DNA of 64,000 bases, from positions 800,001 to 864,000 of the forward strand of contig OY771506.1 of NCBI GenBank assembly GCA_963674705.1, in the 5' to 3' direction. Each line of letters opens with the position of its first letter. Positions within the stretch are counted from its first letter, which is position 1. Origin of the DNA: Phycisphaeraceae bacterium (GTDB lineage Bacteria > Planctomycetota > Phycisphaerae > Phycisphaerales > Phycisphaeraceae). The notes beneath the pieces are model-generated. The model did no database searches and was not told the DNA's origin. It saw only the letters and a list, made by a program, of their open reading frames with translations. A program made the translations under genes and the position numbers. Positions 43,762-54,234 of this stretch are shown here, piece after piece.

Positions 43762-44877
43762 TCAGGGTACAAGGAAACTGTCGCTGACGTCGGTTTGCGT
43801 TTCGGTGCCGGTGTAGTAGTCGATACCGCTTGCCGCCCAGAAGTTGTCACTGGTTAACCCGTTGCTGCCCGGGATCGTCGGAATGGTCTGCCATCGCACT
43901 GTGCCATCCGCGCTGAGCACATTCTGCCCCAAACCGCGATGCGCCCGGCTTGGCGCCAGGAACGAAGTATCCGGATTGAACACGATCTGACCGTCATGCA
44001 CTTCAAATAACGGGTTACGGTCGGCGAGCACCGCCATGGTCGGGTTATCTTCCAGCCGTAAGAGCTGAGGTGTGAACTGGTTCTGATAGCTGAAGGACAC
44101 CGCCTCGGGTCCGGTCCAGTCGACGTAACCTTCGCCGGGATTATGACGCAAAGCGTGCTCGTTTTCCGGACAAGCGAGAATATTTACGTCATCAATGAAG
44201 CCCTTGGTGACAAGGCGATACAGGTGAGCCGAGTTCGAGGGGATATACTTGTTGTTGTCGGATGGGGTCTGGCCGACCTTGAACCAGGGTGTGCCCGGCC
44301 GGATATCGCCGCGGGGCATCTGCCCGAGATTGGCCGCGGCATATGCGGACATCGCTTCGCCGGCCTTTCGAAGATTGCCCATGCCCGCCACACGACGCGA
44401 ATCCGCCTGTTGACGTGACATGACCGGGATCAAAAGCGTCGCACCGATCAGGAATACCGCCGCGGCCGTCGCCAGTTGACGCCAGTCAAAGCCGAGCGTT
44501 CGGCGAGGCTCGGAGAGCATCTGGACCTGTTCGGCAAAACGTTTCTGTTGAGTTTGTCGCTGGATCGTTTCAAGCGTCCGCGCAGTCAGATCGGCCGGCG
44601 GGTCCTGCACCGTGTCATGTTCCAGCAGGGAAAGAAGTGCGGCCAGTTTTTCTGTACGTTCAGTCAATCCCGGGGGTGTCGGGCCGCGGTCTGCACCTGT
44701 CGCCCGTGCAGCGAATAACGCATCCAGTGCTTCGCCATCCGCCTCACAAAGACGCTTGATCGTGACGTCTTCCGCAGGCTTCGGATGAATCGGCGAACGA
44801 GGAATCTTCCCGCTGCCCAAGCCGTTCGGTGCTACAGGGTTCTGCTTCTCAGGATTCTGATGCGTAAAGTCTGACAT
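43762..44877 (-). CDS. Putative anti-sigma factor with DUF1559/pilin-like and H-X9-DG-like extracytoplasmic domain
   Basis: Lies downstream of an ECF sigma; PPADLTARTL, TM, LLIPVMSR...NLRKAGEAMSAYA, ACP, H-X10-DG (HRGLGQNVLSADG). Confidence 0.7.
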   Translation of the reverse strand: MSDFTHQNPEKQNPVAPNGLGSGKIPRSPIHPKPAEDVTIKRLCEADGEALDALFAARATGADRGPTPPGLTERTEKLAALLSLLEHDTVQDPPADLTARTLETIQRQTQQKRFAEQVQMLSEPRRTLGFDWRQLATAAAVFLIGATLLIPVMSRQQADSRRVAGMGNLRKAGEAMSAYAAANLGQMPRGDIRPGTPWFKVGQTPSDNNKYIPSNSAHLYRLVTKGFIDDVNILACPENEHALRHNPGEGYVDWTGPEAVSFSYQNQFTPQLLRLEDNPTMAVLADRNPLFEVHDGQIVFNPDTSFLAPSRAHRGLGQNVLSADGTVRWQTIPTIPGSNGLTSDNFWAASGIDYYTGTETQTDVSDSFLVP

Positions 44878-45110
44878 AACTCAATCTCACGAACGTACCC
44901 CACCAGGTATCATCCACCCTTCCATACGTCAGAAAACCGGCTACGGATCAAAAACTTCTGACGTTTTTTCAAGACAAATTTTAATAAACATATGCCCCTT
45001 AATGGCAAATATTTACGAAAATCTTATTCGCTGGCAGACCTCTACGAATTTAAACATCACGGTTCCAATCTGGGAGGGCTTTTCGCCCGCATGAAGAAGA
45101 AGGAATCTTC

Positions 45111-45733
45111 TTACTCCGCATCCGTCCCTGTCTGGGCCTTCCATAACTCGGCAAAGGTCCCGACCGCGGCGTGAAGCCTGCTCTTGACCGTGCCCAGCGG
45201 GATGCCCAGGTTTTCGGCAATCTCCCGATATGCCATTTTGTTAAAGTACGCCAGTAAAAGAACTTCTCGTAAATGCTCCGGAAGTGCCGCCACCACGTTA
45301 CGCACGATCTGGCCGGTCTCTTCCTGCTGAGCTTTCTCCTGTGGAAGCGGCAAGTCCGCTTCTAATAAATCGATAAACGCCCTGCCGTCCTCCGAATGCT
45401 TATCCAGCATCGCGGAAAGGGGTACGGCCTGCTGACGTCTATTCTTACGTAATAAGTCCCTGGCTTTGTTCGCTGCAATTGTGAATAACCACGGTTTAAA
45501 TCGTCGGCTGGTATCGAATGTGTCCGCTGAAATGTGAACCTGGATAAACGTTTCCTGGAAAACGTCATCCGCAGCCGCCCGATCCCCCAAAAAACGGGCC
45601 AGAAAATGATAAAGCTCGAGGCGATATCGCTCGATCAACACCCCCAACGCAGCCTCATCCCCCCCACAATGGCGGCCAAGTAACTGCTCGTCGGTAAGCT
45701 CTCAAGATTCTGCGTACGGTCCGCTTCCGGCAT
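45111..45733 (-). CDS. ECF sigma factor with an apparent frameshift near 45700
   Basis: ADDVFQETF, FKPWLFTIAAN, EIAENLGIPLGTVKSRLH; N-terminal LTDEQLL frame has a stop at 45702-45704, and ATG 45733 is in another frame. Confidence 0.85.
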
Positions 45734-45919
45734 GGATGCAGATTGTACGAAAAGGTGAGCCCGAAGGTTGTAAACAATTGCCACCTCAGCCGAACCGGCT
45801 CCTGCCAACCGGCTGGTTCCGAGAATCGTCGCCGCCAATACCTCAGATGCCCGCTAAACGATCCATCCGATGATGGAACTGTATCCATATAGATTCAACC
45901 CCCATGATGAGGATGTGAC

Positions 45920-46681
45920 GTGTTCCGAATCGCGATCCTGGCATTACTGGCGACCATCGTGGCTTCTCATGCACCGGCCGACGCCGGGCTCATCTTCCTC
46001 AGCGGCGATGTCAACATAGGCAACCCGCTTAATGACACCTACACGACCCCCAACCAGGGCAACAGCACCTGGTTCAGGAACATCCTTGGCATCGGCTCAA
46101 CCGTCCTGATCCAGAACGAATACACCGGCCCAAGCACGAGTATCGACCTCGCGGAAGTTGCGATCGGCAACTACTACAACAGCCTGACGGGTGTCACCTG
46201 TTCCACTCTTGACGGAATAATCACACCATCCGAGCTTGTTGATGTGGACCTGTTTATCAGCATGATCCCCGAAGACCACTACAGCAACGATGAAGTCGCC
46301 GCACTTTCAGGCTTCCTTTCCGGAGGCGGCACACTCCTGCTCATGGGAGAGAACTTCGTCAACTTCTACGAAAGCAACTTCTACCTCAACACACTCCTGG
46401 CCAGCCTCGGCAGCAGCCTGAAACTGGATACCGACTCGTTGACCGGCAACTTCCAGCCAACCACCAACATCGAGAACAATCCATTCAACCTCGGTGTCGA
46501 CGCCATCACTTATGCCTACACCAACACCGTCCTCGGCGGCAACCCGCTACTGCGCACGATTGATAGCGAAGGCGCCAAGACCTTTGTCGCCTACGAAGTC
46601 GCCCCGGAACCCGGATCGGGCCTGCTGCTACTGGCTGGCCTGGCCTGTATCCTTCACTGGGGACGGGATATCACCGACTGA
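45920..46681 (+). CDS. Secreted PEP-CTERM-like protein
   Basis: Signal peptide; FLSGGGTLLLMGE; C-terminal APEP plus TM, with no basic tail. Confidence 0.75.
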   Translation: MFRIAILALLATIVASHAPADAGLIFLSGDVNIGNPLNDTYTTPNQGNSTWFRNILGIGSTVLIQNEYTGPSTSIDLAEVAIGNYYNSLTGVTCSTLDGIITPSELVDVDLFISMIPEDHYSNDEVAALSGFLSGGGTLLLMGENFVNFYESNFYLNTLLASLGSSLKLDTDSLTGNFQPTTNIENNPFNLGVDAITYAYTNTVLGGNPLLRTIDSEGAKTFVAYEVAPEPGSGLLLLAGLACILHWGRDITD

Positions 46682-46699
46682 CTAGACGACACGCTTCCA

Positions 46700-49390
46700 C
46701 TAATACACATCAAATACGCCATACCCGCCTTCATACAACTGGTACTTGATCCTCGCCTTATGCTCGCAAAGCCATCGCAGTATGGCCGGCAATCCCACCG
46801 CAGGCTCGTTGAAAGAACACCACTCCACACTCACAATCGGACCGTTGCGCTCGATACGGCCGCCATACACACTGTCCGCCCCGTGACTCTTCACTTCTTT
46901 ACCCGCCTCGGCCTGGCGACCCAGTAAGACCGACATCTCTTGCAACCAGTTATTCATAGCCTCCCGGTACGCCTCGAAGTCGACACTCTCATCGTCCACT
47001 CCAGTCGACATATCCGTGATAGCAGGCATCTGGTCATAAAGCTCAATCACCCGGCTGTCCAGTTTGCCCCCGTGCTCTTCTACCAACGCCTGTCGCTGCT
47101 CTGCCTTCAGGACTTCCATACGCTTGTCATACTGTGCTTCCAATGCATCAATCTGATCCTGTTCGCCAAACCGCTGCGCATCAGCAAGCTTTTCATCCAA
47201 CTCAATAAGCTGCTCATCTTCGTAATCGATGTACATGGTATTCAGCAGGCGATAGGTGAGTCGTGCATTCCGGTGCGCCTCGGTAACCGTTTCCGTTTCG
47301 GACCACGGCGGGATCAACGCCATCTGCATGCCGCCATTCAAATAATCTTCTAACTGTCGTACAACCTCTTCCGCTTCCTCGCTCGTATTGAATATCAACA
47401 TGAGCCGGCCATTGATCAAAGCATCCGGCCGATGCACGATCAACTCACCACCCTGATATATAAACCAGTCCGACATCTCGCGGGCGCGATCGGTCGCCTC
47501 TTTGGGCAACACAAGCATGACTGTCTGGCCAACCACCAACCGCTGCGATCCTTCAGGCGCTTCATTTGCCAGAAGCGTTAACGCCTTTTCCGCCTCATAG
47601 TGACTTGTAAAAGTACTTACCAAAGTAATCGCACCATCCGCAACGTCGATCCGCTTATCCGCGGTCGACTCATCACAACTGTATTGATAAGCAGGCTGGT
47701 CAATCGCCATATTGAAGAACTGGCCCATATCAACCTGGGTCGCCACTAACATGATCAAACCGAAAAGCAAAACCATACCGAAGCTGCCCAGGTAAACCGT
47801 CCCCAATCCCAGCGACGCCAATACGCCCGGCGGCCGGGCGTACAACGATTCGTACGCCATGATCGCCTGCTGTGCTAACGTTCGGCTTGACTGGCCCCGC
47901 CTGGTCTGCTGCTCAAGCTGATCGATCAGAGGCAGCATCGTCGCGTGGCTCAATTCCTCGCCGTGCTCATCGGGCGGCGGCAGGTCTTTACGCTTACGCA
48001 CCGTTTCGACCGCCATGCCCACACGGTACACCGCCCCGAGGCCGACCAATATCAAAATCCCCAGAAATAACAGTAAACGTGCGCCCAGTATGGCCCCAAG
48101 CCCCATGATGCCAAGCGCCGCGATGCCGCGAAAAATCATGTCGATCCGGAAGTTTCGGCTGGTCACCAGGACCTGCGTGATCCACCCACCATCCAGCGGC
48201 GGGAACGGCAAAAGATTGAATCCATTAAGCACCAGCATCAACGACGCCAGCTCAATCAGCAGATCATGATCCAATACCATCCCGACAATCCCGATCACGA
48301 TCCCCACAAAAATCCCGGGCACGGGCCCCATCAGATACACAATCGCTTTCTTCCAGCCCGCAATCGTATAGTGCTTGCCCGTCACCGCAGCGCCAAGCAG
48401 CGGGATAAAAAACATCCGCAGATTGCGGTACCGGAATACCCACATCGCCAACAGGTGCCCCAGTTCATGGAACAAAAGAATCGGGATCAAGAGCAGCACG
48501 AACCGCCACGGCCACGCCGCCCCGCCCAGCACGACAAACAGGATCAACGAAATGAACAGCAGCATCAGCGTGCTCTTCATCGTGCCTTTGCTTTTCTGCT
48601 GCTCGTAGACCTGCCACAGCACCCCCTCGCTCCTGGCAGCATCGATCGACGTCGGCCTTTCATCAAATGCTAATCTCGCTGCGCGCGCCTGACGCTCATC
48701 ATCCAACTCGGTGAATACGCCACGCTTCAGATACAACGCGCTCGCTTCATAATGAAAGCGCTCCAATACATCGCGCATCGCCTGCTGCGTCGAAATAACT
48801 TCAACCTGCTCAGAAGCAAGGCGCTGCTGATGCATGGCCCACAAGCCTTCGTTGCTTACACCCTGCTCACATTGCACGAGATAGCCGGCCGGCAACGTCA
48901 CATCCAACTCTTCAGACCCGCTGATGATGAAGCCGCCGTTATGTGTCACGGAAATGATCGTAGCGCCCATGCGTTCCTTCATCGGTCTCGGATACAACCA
49001 CGGCCGACGACACACCTGCGCAATCGCCCGTCCGCTGTCGTGCCGTAGCGTCACCGATTGATACAACGTTGCACTCGGCGCGTGAAACAGGCTGTGATAG
49101 ATCGGGTCTGTAAAACCCAACGCCATCAATGATTCAACCTCCGGCTCAAGTAGTTGATCCGTCTCGGCGCCCACCCCATCTCGATCAACCTCGAACGCCC
49201 CCCATTCCGACACCGCCGGCACATCCATCGAACCCGACACCTTCACCAACGCCGTCTTGCAAAACACCCACGAGAACACCGCGGAGAACCACGAGTTACC
49301 ACCAGCCCGCATCTCGTCAAATGAAAGCTTGTTGCCGTTGACCTGGTAAAACCGAACGCCCTGCCCACCGACCGCTGTTGATTCAGACAT
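46700..49390 (-). CDS. Large site-2 protease (peptidase M50) family protein
   Basis: HELGH, GPVPG, FNLLPFPPLDGG; long N- and C-terminal extra domains. Confidence 0.85.
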   Translation of the reverse strand: MSESTAVGGQGVRFYQVNGNKLSFDEMRAGGNSWFSAVFSWVFCKTALVKVSGSMDVPAVSEWGAFEVDRDGVGAETDQLLEPEVESLMALGFTDPIYHSLFHAPSATLYQSVTLRHDSGRAIAQVCRRPWLYPRPMKERMGATIISVTHNGGFIISGSEELDVTLPAGYLVQCEQGVSNEGLWAMHQQRLASEQVEVISTQQAMRDVLERFHYEASALYLKRGVFTELDDERQARAARLAFDERPTSIDAARSEGVLWQVYEQQKSKGTMKSTLMLLFISLILFVVLGGAAWPWRFVLLLIPILLFHELGHLLAMWVFRYRNLRMFFIPLLGAAVTGKHYTIAGWKKAIVYLMGPVPGIFVGIVIGIVGMVLDHDLLIELASLMLVLNGFNLLPFPPLDGGWITQVLVTSRNFRIDMIFRGIAALGIMGLGAILGARLLLFLGILILVGLGAVYRVGMAVETVRKRKDLPPPDEHGEELSHATMLPLIDQLEQQTRRGQSSRTLAQQAIMAYESLYARPPGVLASLGLGTVYLGSFGMVLLFGLIMLVATQVDMGQFFNMAIDQPAYQYSCDESTADKRIDVADGAITLVSTFTSHYEAEKALTLLANEAPEGSQRLVVGQTVMLVLPKEATDRAREMSDWFIYQGGELIVHRPDALINGRLMLIFNTSEEAEEVVRQLEDYLNGGMQMALIPPWSETETVTEAHRNARLTYRLLNTMYIDYEDEQLIELDEKLADAQRFGEQDQIDALEAQYDKRMEVLKAEQRQALVEEHGGKLDSRVIELYDQMPAITDMSTGVDDESVDFEAYREAMNNWLQEMSVLLGRQAEAGKEVKSHGADSVYGGRIERNGPIVSVEWCSFNEPAVGLPAILRWLCEHKARIKYQLYEGGYGVFDVY

Positions 49391-49500
49391 GCAATGCCCC
49401 TTAGAACTCAGAATCCCCGACAAGCCCGCTTCATTGTACAGCAGGCCCTTATGCTGAACATTCTATTCAAATTAACAACGTCTTGAGCCGCGCCGCTTGA

Positions 49501-49573
49501 TGTCATCCACGCACAGGCGGGGATCCACGTCTTGGGATTCATTGCTCGCGTGGATTCTCGCATGCGCGGGAAT
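49501..49573. repeat. Degenerate palindromic element of the GTCATTCCCGC...GCGGGAATCCA type
   Basis: TGTCATCCACGCACAGGCGGGGATCCAC ... GTGGATTCTCGCATGCGCGGGAAT, inverted arms. Confidence 0.6.
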
Positions 49574-49605
49574 TGTGGTTACTAATGATGTAAATGGTTC
49601 TAAGA

Positions 49606-51222
49606 CTACTGCACCACCCAGCGGATGCCCATCTTCTTGATGCGTGATGTAAGCGTGCTGGGCTTGACGCACAGCAGCGAGGCTGCGCCGTCCGGGCCGG
49701 AGACTTTGCCGTTGGCGGCTTCAAGTGCACGCACGATATTGCTGCGCTCCAGCTCCTTGAGCTGCGCTTCGGTCAAGATCGGTTGTTCACGGGGCTCAAC
49801 GGGTTGATGCTTCTGTGTGCTTTCCGGATCGGCGGACGGCAGCTCAAAACGCAGTGTCGAGCCGGGCGACGTGATGACCGCGCGCTCAATGAGATTCTGC
49901 AATTCGCGCACATTCCCTGGCCAGTCGTATCGCTGCATCGCAGCGACCACCGTCTTGGTCAAACGCGGCTGCGGGCGATTCATCTTCTTGCACGTCTGCT
50001 CAAGAAATCGGCTGGCAAGTTCGGCGATATCTTCTTTGCGTCGACGAAGCGGCGCCACCTCGATCGGGAAAACATTCAACCGGTAGTAAAGGTCCTCGCG
50101 GAACCGCCCATCATCAACTTCCTGCTGCAGGTCGCGGTTAGTCGCCGCGATGATGCGCACATCCACCTCGTGTGTGATCGCTTCGCCGACGCGCTCGTAT
50201 GTGCCTTCCTGCAAGACGCGCAGGAGTTTGCCTTGCAATTCAATCGGGATTTCACCGACCTCATCAAGGAACAGCGTCCCCCCGTCCGCAGCCTCGAACC
50301 GGCCGGCACGATCGCGCACCGCGCCGCTGAACGCGCCTTGCACATGACCGAAGAATTCACTTTCATAGAGATCGCGCGGGATCGCGGCACAGTTCACCTT
50401 GATCATCGACCTGTCACGTCGACCGCTGCGCCGATGAATCTCACGCGCAACCAGCTCCTTACCCGTGCCGGATTCACCGGTGATCAACACGTTCGCATCG
50501 GTGTCGGCAACCGCTTCGATCTGCCTGGCGGTGTTGCGCAACGCCGGGCTCGATCCGACCATCTCGCCGAACGCGCCTTCGGCCGCCACCTCTTCACGCA
50601 GGTATTCGTTCTCCACTTCAAGGTGATGCTTCAACCGATCGATCTCATCAAACGCCCGTGCGTTGGCGATCGCCGCAGCGGCATGGTCCGCCAGCATACG
50701 GTGCCAGATCAGCTCATCCATCACGACCGGCTCACGCATAAACACCGCGAACACGCCGATCACTTCGCCGCGAAAGACCAGTGGGTGTGCCGCCATGCCG
50801 CGGATCGACTCGGCTTCGATCCAATCCTTATCCACCACCCACTTGTTGTCCTTCGTCGTATCCCATACCACCAGCGCATCAGCGGTCGTCGCGACCCGGC
50901 CGATCTTCCGCACACCGAGCGGGAACCTTCTGAATCGGCCATCAAGCCCGTCCCATGACAACGACTCATCCACCACCGACCGTCCAGCACTGGCGACCAG
51001 ATGCAGACACCGCGTCTGATCCGGGCACTCGCCTCGCAGTGGACATGTTTGACAGATATCTCCGCGCTCAATCAGCCACACCCGGCAAAGCGCAACATGC
51101 GACATCGCCGCCACCCGGCCGACGATCAAATGCAGCAAACCATCCAGCGATCGCTCGCCCGCTAACTCCAGCAATAAAGCCTTCAGCTCCGGCGATCCCG
51201 ATCGGTCGTGCGTGTAATCCAT
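49606..51222 (-). CDS. Sigma-54-dependent transcriptional activator (GAF-AAA+-Fis HTH)
   Basis: [46 protein letters not shown] contains CxxCx5Cx5C. Confidence 0.93.
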   Translation of the reverse strand: MDYTHDRSGSPELKALLLELAGERSLDGLLHLIVGRVAAMSHVALCRVWLIERGDICQTCPLRGECPDQTRCLHLVASAGRSVVDESLSWDGLDGRFRRFPLGVRKIGRVATTADALVVWDTTKDNKWVVDKDWIEAESIRGMAAHPLVFRGEVIGVFAVFMREPVVMDELIWHRMLADHAAAAIANARAFDEIDRLKHHLEVENEYLREEVAAEGAFGEMVGSSPALRNTARQIEAVADTDANVLITGESGTGKELVAREIHRRSGRRDRSMIKVNCAAIPRDLYESEFFGHVQGAFSGAVRDRAGRFEAADGGTLFLDEVGEIPIELQGKLLRVLQEGTYERVGEAITHEVDVRIIAATNRDLQQEVDDGRFREDLYYRLNVFPIEVAPLRRRKEDIAELASRFLEQTCKKMNRPQPRLTKTVVAAMQRYDWPGNVRELQNLIERAVITSPGSTLRFELPSADPESTQKHQPVEPREQPILTEAQLKELERSNIVRALEAANGKVSGPDGAASLLCVKPSTLTSRIKKMGIRWVVQ

Positions 51223-51355
51223 ACCATCAATTTACGATATTTCGTGATCTAATCCACTAAAAGTCACAAATTTTTGATATTTCACAAATCCTGTCCGGCG
51301 ACCCCAAAAACCTCTATTTATTGTTATTAATCAACTTATATTTTCTTTTTCTAAC

Positions 51356-51371
51356 TGGCACGGGCTATGCA
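51356..51371 (+). promoter_or_regulatory. Sigma-54 (-24/-12) promoter of the ahpD-like operon
   Basis: TGGCAC-GGGCT-ATGCA after an AT-rich tract, divergent from the activator gene. Confidence 0.8.
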
Positions 51372-51433
51372 TTACTGGTCCACACAGATGCCGGAATGTC
51401 CGGCCAAGCAAACCAGAATCAGGAGTCAAACCC

Positions 51434-51979
51434 ATGCCTCGCATCCAACCCATCCAAGTCACCGAAGCCGATGACAAGACCCGCAAGCTGCTCGAAGGCG
51501 TCCAACGCGCTCTCGGGATGGTCCCGAACATGATGAAGACGATGGGCCATTCGCCCGCGGCCCTCTCGGCCTACCTCAACTTCAGCGGCGCACTGAACAC
51601 CGCGCTTAATCCCGCACTCCGCGAGCAGATTTCCCTGGCCATCGCCGGGGCTAATCACTGCAACTACTGCGCCTCGGCCCACACCGCGCTGGGCGCAAAC
51701 GCAGGCGTCGACGCCGATGAAATGGCAAGCAACCTTCGTGGTGAATCCGCCGACGCCAAAACATTTGCCGCCATCCGCTTCGCACAGGCCGTGATCGATA
51801 CGCGCGGCTTCGTCCGCGACCAGGACCTCGCCGACATCCGCGACGCGGGCTACAGCGATGCACAGATCGTCGAGATCATCACATTAGTAAGCCTCAACCT
51901 CTTCACCAACTACTTCAACCACATCGCCGAAACCGAGATCGACTTCCCCGTCGTCGAAACCGCCGGTGCCTCGACCTGA
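51434..51979 (+). CDS. AhpD/carboxymuconolactone decarboxylase family peroxidase
   Basis: GMVPN, EQISLAIA..NHCNYCASAH; AGGAG RBS. Confidence 0.92.
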   Translation: MPRIQPIQVTEADDKTRKLLEGVQRALGMVPNMMKTMGHSPAALSAYLNFSGALNTALNPALREQISLAIAGANHCNYCASAHTALGANAGVDADEMASNLRGESADAKTFAAIRFAQAVIDTRGFVRDQDLADIRDAGYSDAQIVEIITLVSLNLFTNYFNHIAETEIDFPVVETAGAST

Positions 51980-52047
51980 CAACTCAGCCACTGAAAACGA
52001 ATCAACCTACTAACTCAACATCAAACACCAACACGGAGACTTAACCC

Positions 52048-52900
52048 ATGAACTTCAAAATCCCCGGCATTCTTCTCGGCTCGTTCGCCATCGCGGGCGC
52101 ATTGGCGATGACCATGCTTACCAACGCAGGTGCAACCCCCGCACAAGCCGATGCAAACACACCCGAAAAACATGAAACCCGCCATGTCCGCACACCCGGC
52201 CGGCAAACCCGATGCGCCGCTGCCCAAGTACGACATCAAGCTCGACCCCAAGCGCGTCGCGCTCGTCGTCACCGATCCGCAAAACGACTTTCTCAGCCCG
52301 GACGGCGTCACGTGGGGCGTCGTCGGCGAAAGCGTCACCGAAAACAACACCGTCGAACACATCGACCAGCTCTTCGCCGCCGCACACGACAACAACGTCC
52401 CCGTCTTCATCAGCCCGCACTACTACTTCGAGCACGACCACCGCTGGCACTTCGAAGGCGCGCTCGAAGCGCTCATGCACAAGATCGGCATGTTCGACCG
52501 ACCCCACGCCCTGACGCTTGAAGGCTTCGAAGGCTCCGGCGCAGACTGGCTCGAACAATACAAGTACTACATCAACCACGAAAACACCGTTGTCACCAGC
52601 CCGCATAAAGTGTACGGCCCGGAAACCAATGACCTCGTCCTGCAACTGCGCAAACGCGGCGTCGACCAGGTCATCCTCGCCGGCATGTCCGCGAACCTCT
52701 GCACCGAAGCGCACATGCGTGAACTGATCGAGCAAGGCTTCGAAGTCATCGTCGTCGCCGACGCCACCGCCGCCGCAAAACTCCCCGACTACGACGGCTA
52801 CGAAGCAGCCTTCATCAACTTCCGCTTCATCGCCAACGCCGTCTGGAACACCGACACCGCCGTCAAGCAAATGCAAAAACTCAACGAATCTAACGAATAA
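52048..52900 (+). CDS. Secreted isochorismatase-family cysteine hydrolase with an apparent frameshift at an A5 run (52166-52170)
   Basis: Signal peptide in the frame from 52048; catalytic domain TDPQNDF, HKVY, GMSANLC in the frame ending at 52900. Confidence 0.85.
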
Positions 52901-52973
52901 CAACACACTCTCAACCATCAATTAAGAACAAGCCTCCAACTAACCACCAACCCTTAACAAAGGAACCCTAACG

Positions 52974-53489
52974 ATGAAACTTCTCAGCAAAGAAAACATG
53001 ACCAGCTTCTCACTCACCGCCCTCATGGTTGTCGCCATCTTCGCCACCATCGGCGCAGGCGCAAAAACGCAACCCATCGAGCCAAACTCGCGTGCTTACC
53101 TGCACAGCTACAACCTCCCCGCGTCAGGCGTCGCGCTCGACGGCTACTGCCCCGTCGCCTACTTCCTCGCCAACGAACCGATCAAGGGCGACCCCGCATT
53201 CGCCTCCGATTACAACGGCGTCACCTACTACTTCGTCAATGAAGATGCACGCAAACTCTTCGATGAAAACCCCGAAAAGTACCTCCCCGCTTACGGCGGG
53301 TGGTGCGCCTTCGGCATGGCGATCCAAGACAAATTCCCCGTCGACCCCACCAACTTCAAAATCGTCGACGGCAAACTCATGCTCTTCCTGCGCAACGAAA
53401 ACCTCGACGCACTCAAACTCTGGAACCAGAACAACGAACAAAACCAGGTCAAAAAAGCCGACGCCTACTGGAACAAAGTAAGCAACTAA
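52974..53489 (+). CDS. Secreted YHS-domain protein
   Basis: DGYCPVAYF, F..NPEKYLPAYGGWCAFGM, IVDGKL. Confidence 0.88.
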   Translation: MKLLSKENMTSFSLTALMVVAIFATIGAGAKTQPIEPNSRAYLHSYNLPASGVALDGYCPVAYFLANEPIKGDPAFASDYNGVTYYFVNEDARKLFDENPEKYLPAYGGWCAFGMAIQDKFPVDPTNFKIVDGKLMLFLRNENLDALKLWNQNNEQNQVKKADAYWNKVSN

Positions 53490-53639
53490 CCCCCACAACC
53501 CCCCGGCGTGGTCGCTTCAGCGATCCACGTCCGCATCGAACCCCCACAACCCTCCCTCAGCCACGAGGCCCAACCGCTTCGTCGGCTGATTCTCCCAAAC
53601 ACAACAACCTTCTCGCTCCCAATAAAGGACACAAACACC

Positions 53640-54056
53640 ATGGCATCCCCCACCGACATCCGCCCGCCGTTCAACGCACAAACCGCCCGCGCCAAAGTCC
53701 AGGCCGCCGAAGACGCGTGGAACAGCCGCGACCCCAAGCGAGTCTCGCTCGCCTACACACCCGACTCCCAATGGCGCAACCGCGACGAGTTCTTCACCGG
53801 CCGCGACGCCATCCAGGCATTCCTCACACGCAAGTGGGAAAATGAACTCGACTACCGACTCATGAAAGAACTCTGGGCCTACACCGACAACCGCATCAGC
53901 GTCCGCTTCGAATACGAATGGCACAACGCCCAAGGCCAATGGTTCCGAACCCACGGCAACGAACAGTGGGAATTCGACTCCACCGGCCTCATGCGCCGCC
54001 GAGACATGAGCGCCAACGACATCCCCATCCAACAATCCGACCGCCGCTATCTGTAA
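53640..54056 (+). CDS. DUF1348 (SnoaL/NTF2-like) protein
   Basis: RPPF...[14 protein letters not shown]...WRNR...KELW...GNEQWEF; AAGGA RBS. Confidence 0.92.
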   Translation: MASPTDIRPPFNAQTARAKVQAAEDAWNSRDPKRVSLAYTPDSQWRNRDEFFTGRDAIQAFLTRKWENELDYRLMKELWAYTDNRISVRFEYEWHNAQGQWFRTHGNEQWEFDSTGLMRRRDMSANDIPIQQSDRRYL

Positions 54057-54070
54057 CCCCCCCTCTTCCT

Positions 54071-54104
54071 CCCTCTCCCCCTGGGAGAGGGCCGGGGTGA
54101 GGGC
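54071..54104. repeat. REP-like palindrome CCCTCTCCC-N-GGGAGAGGG...GGGGTGAGGG
   Basis: Direct reading; followed by ATCCGTGT-type short repeats at about 54196-54227. Confidence 0.7.
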
Positions 54105-54234
54105 CACAACTGCTTACGCGATCCATGCTTCCCCCTCCCATCCGATTTATCTGATCCATCCGAGCCAACTCTTCTTCTCTTATCCTCTTCTTCTTATCCG
54201 TGTTAATCCGTGTCCATCTGTGGCTAATTCTTCC

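Noticed and set aside
52974..53489. Selenocysteine in the YHS protein
   Set aside because: No in-frame TGA; Cys codons are present
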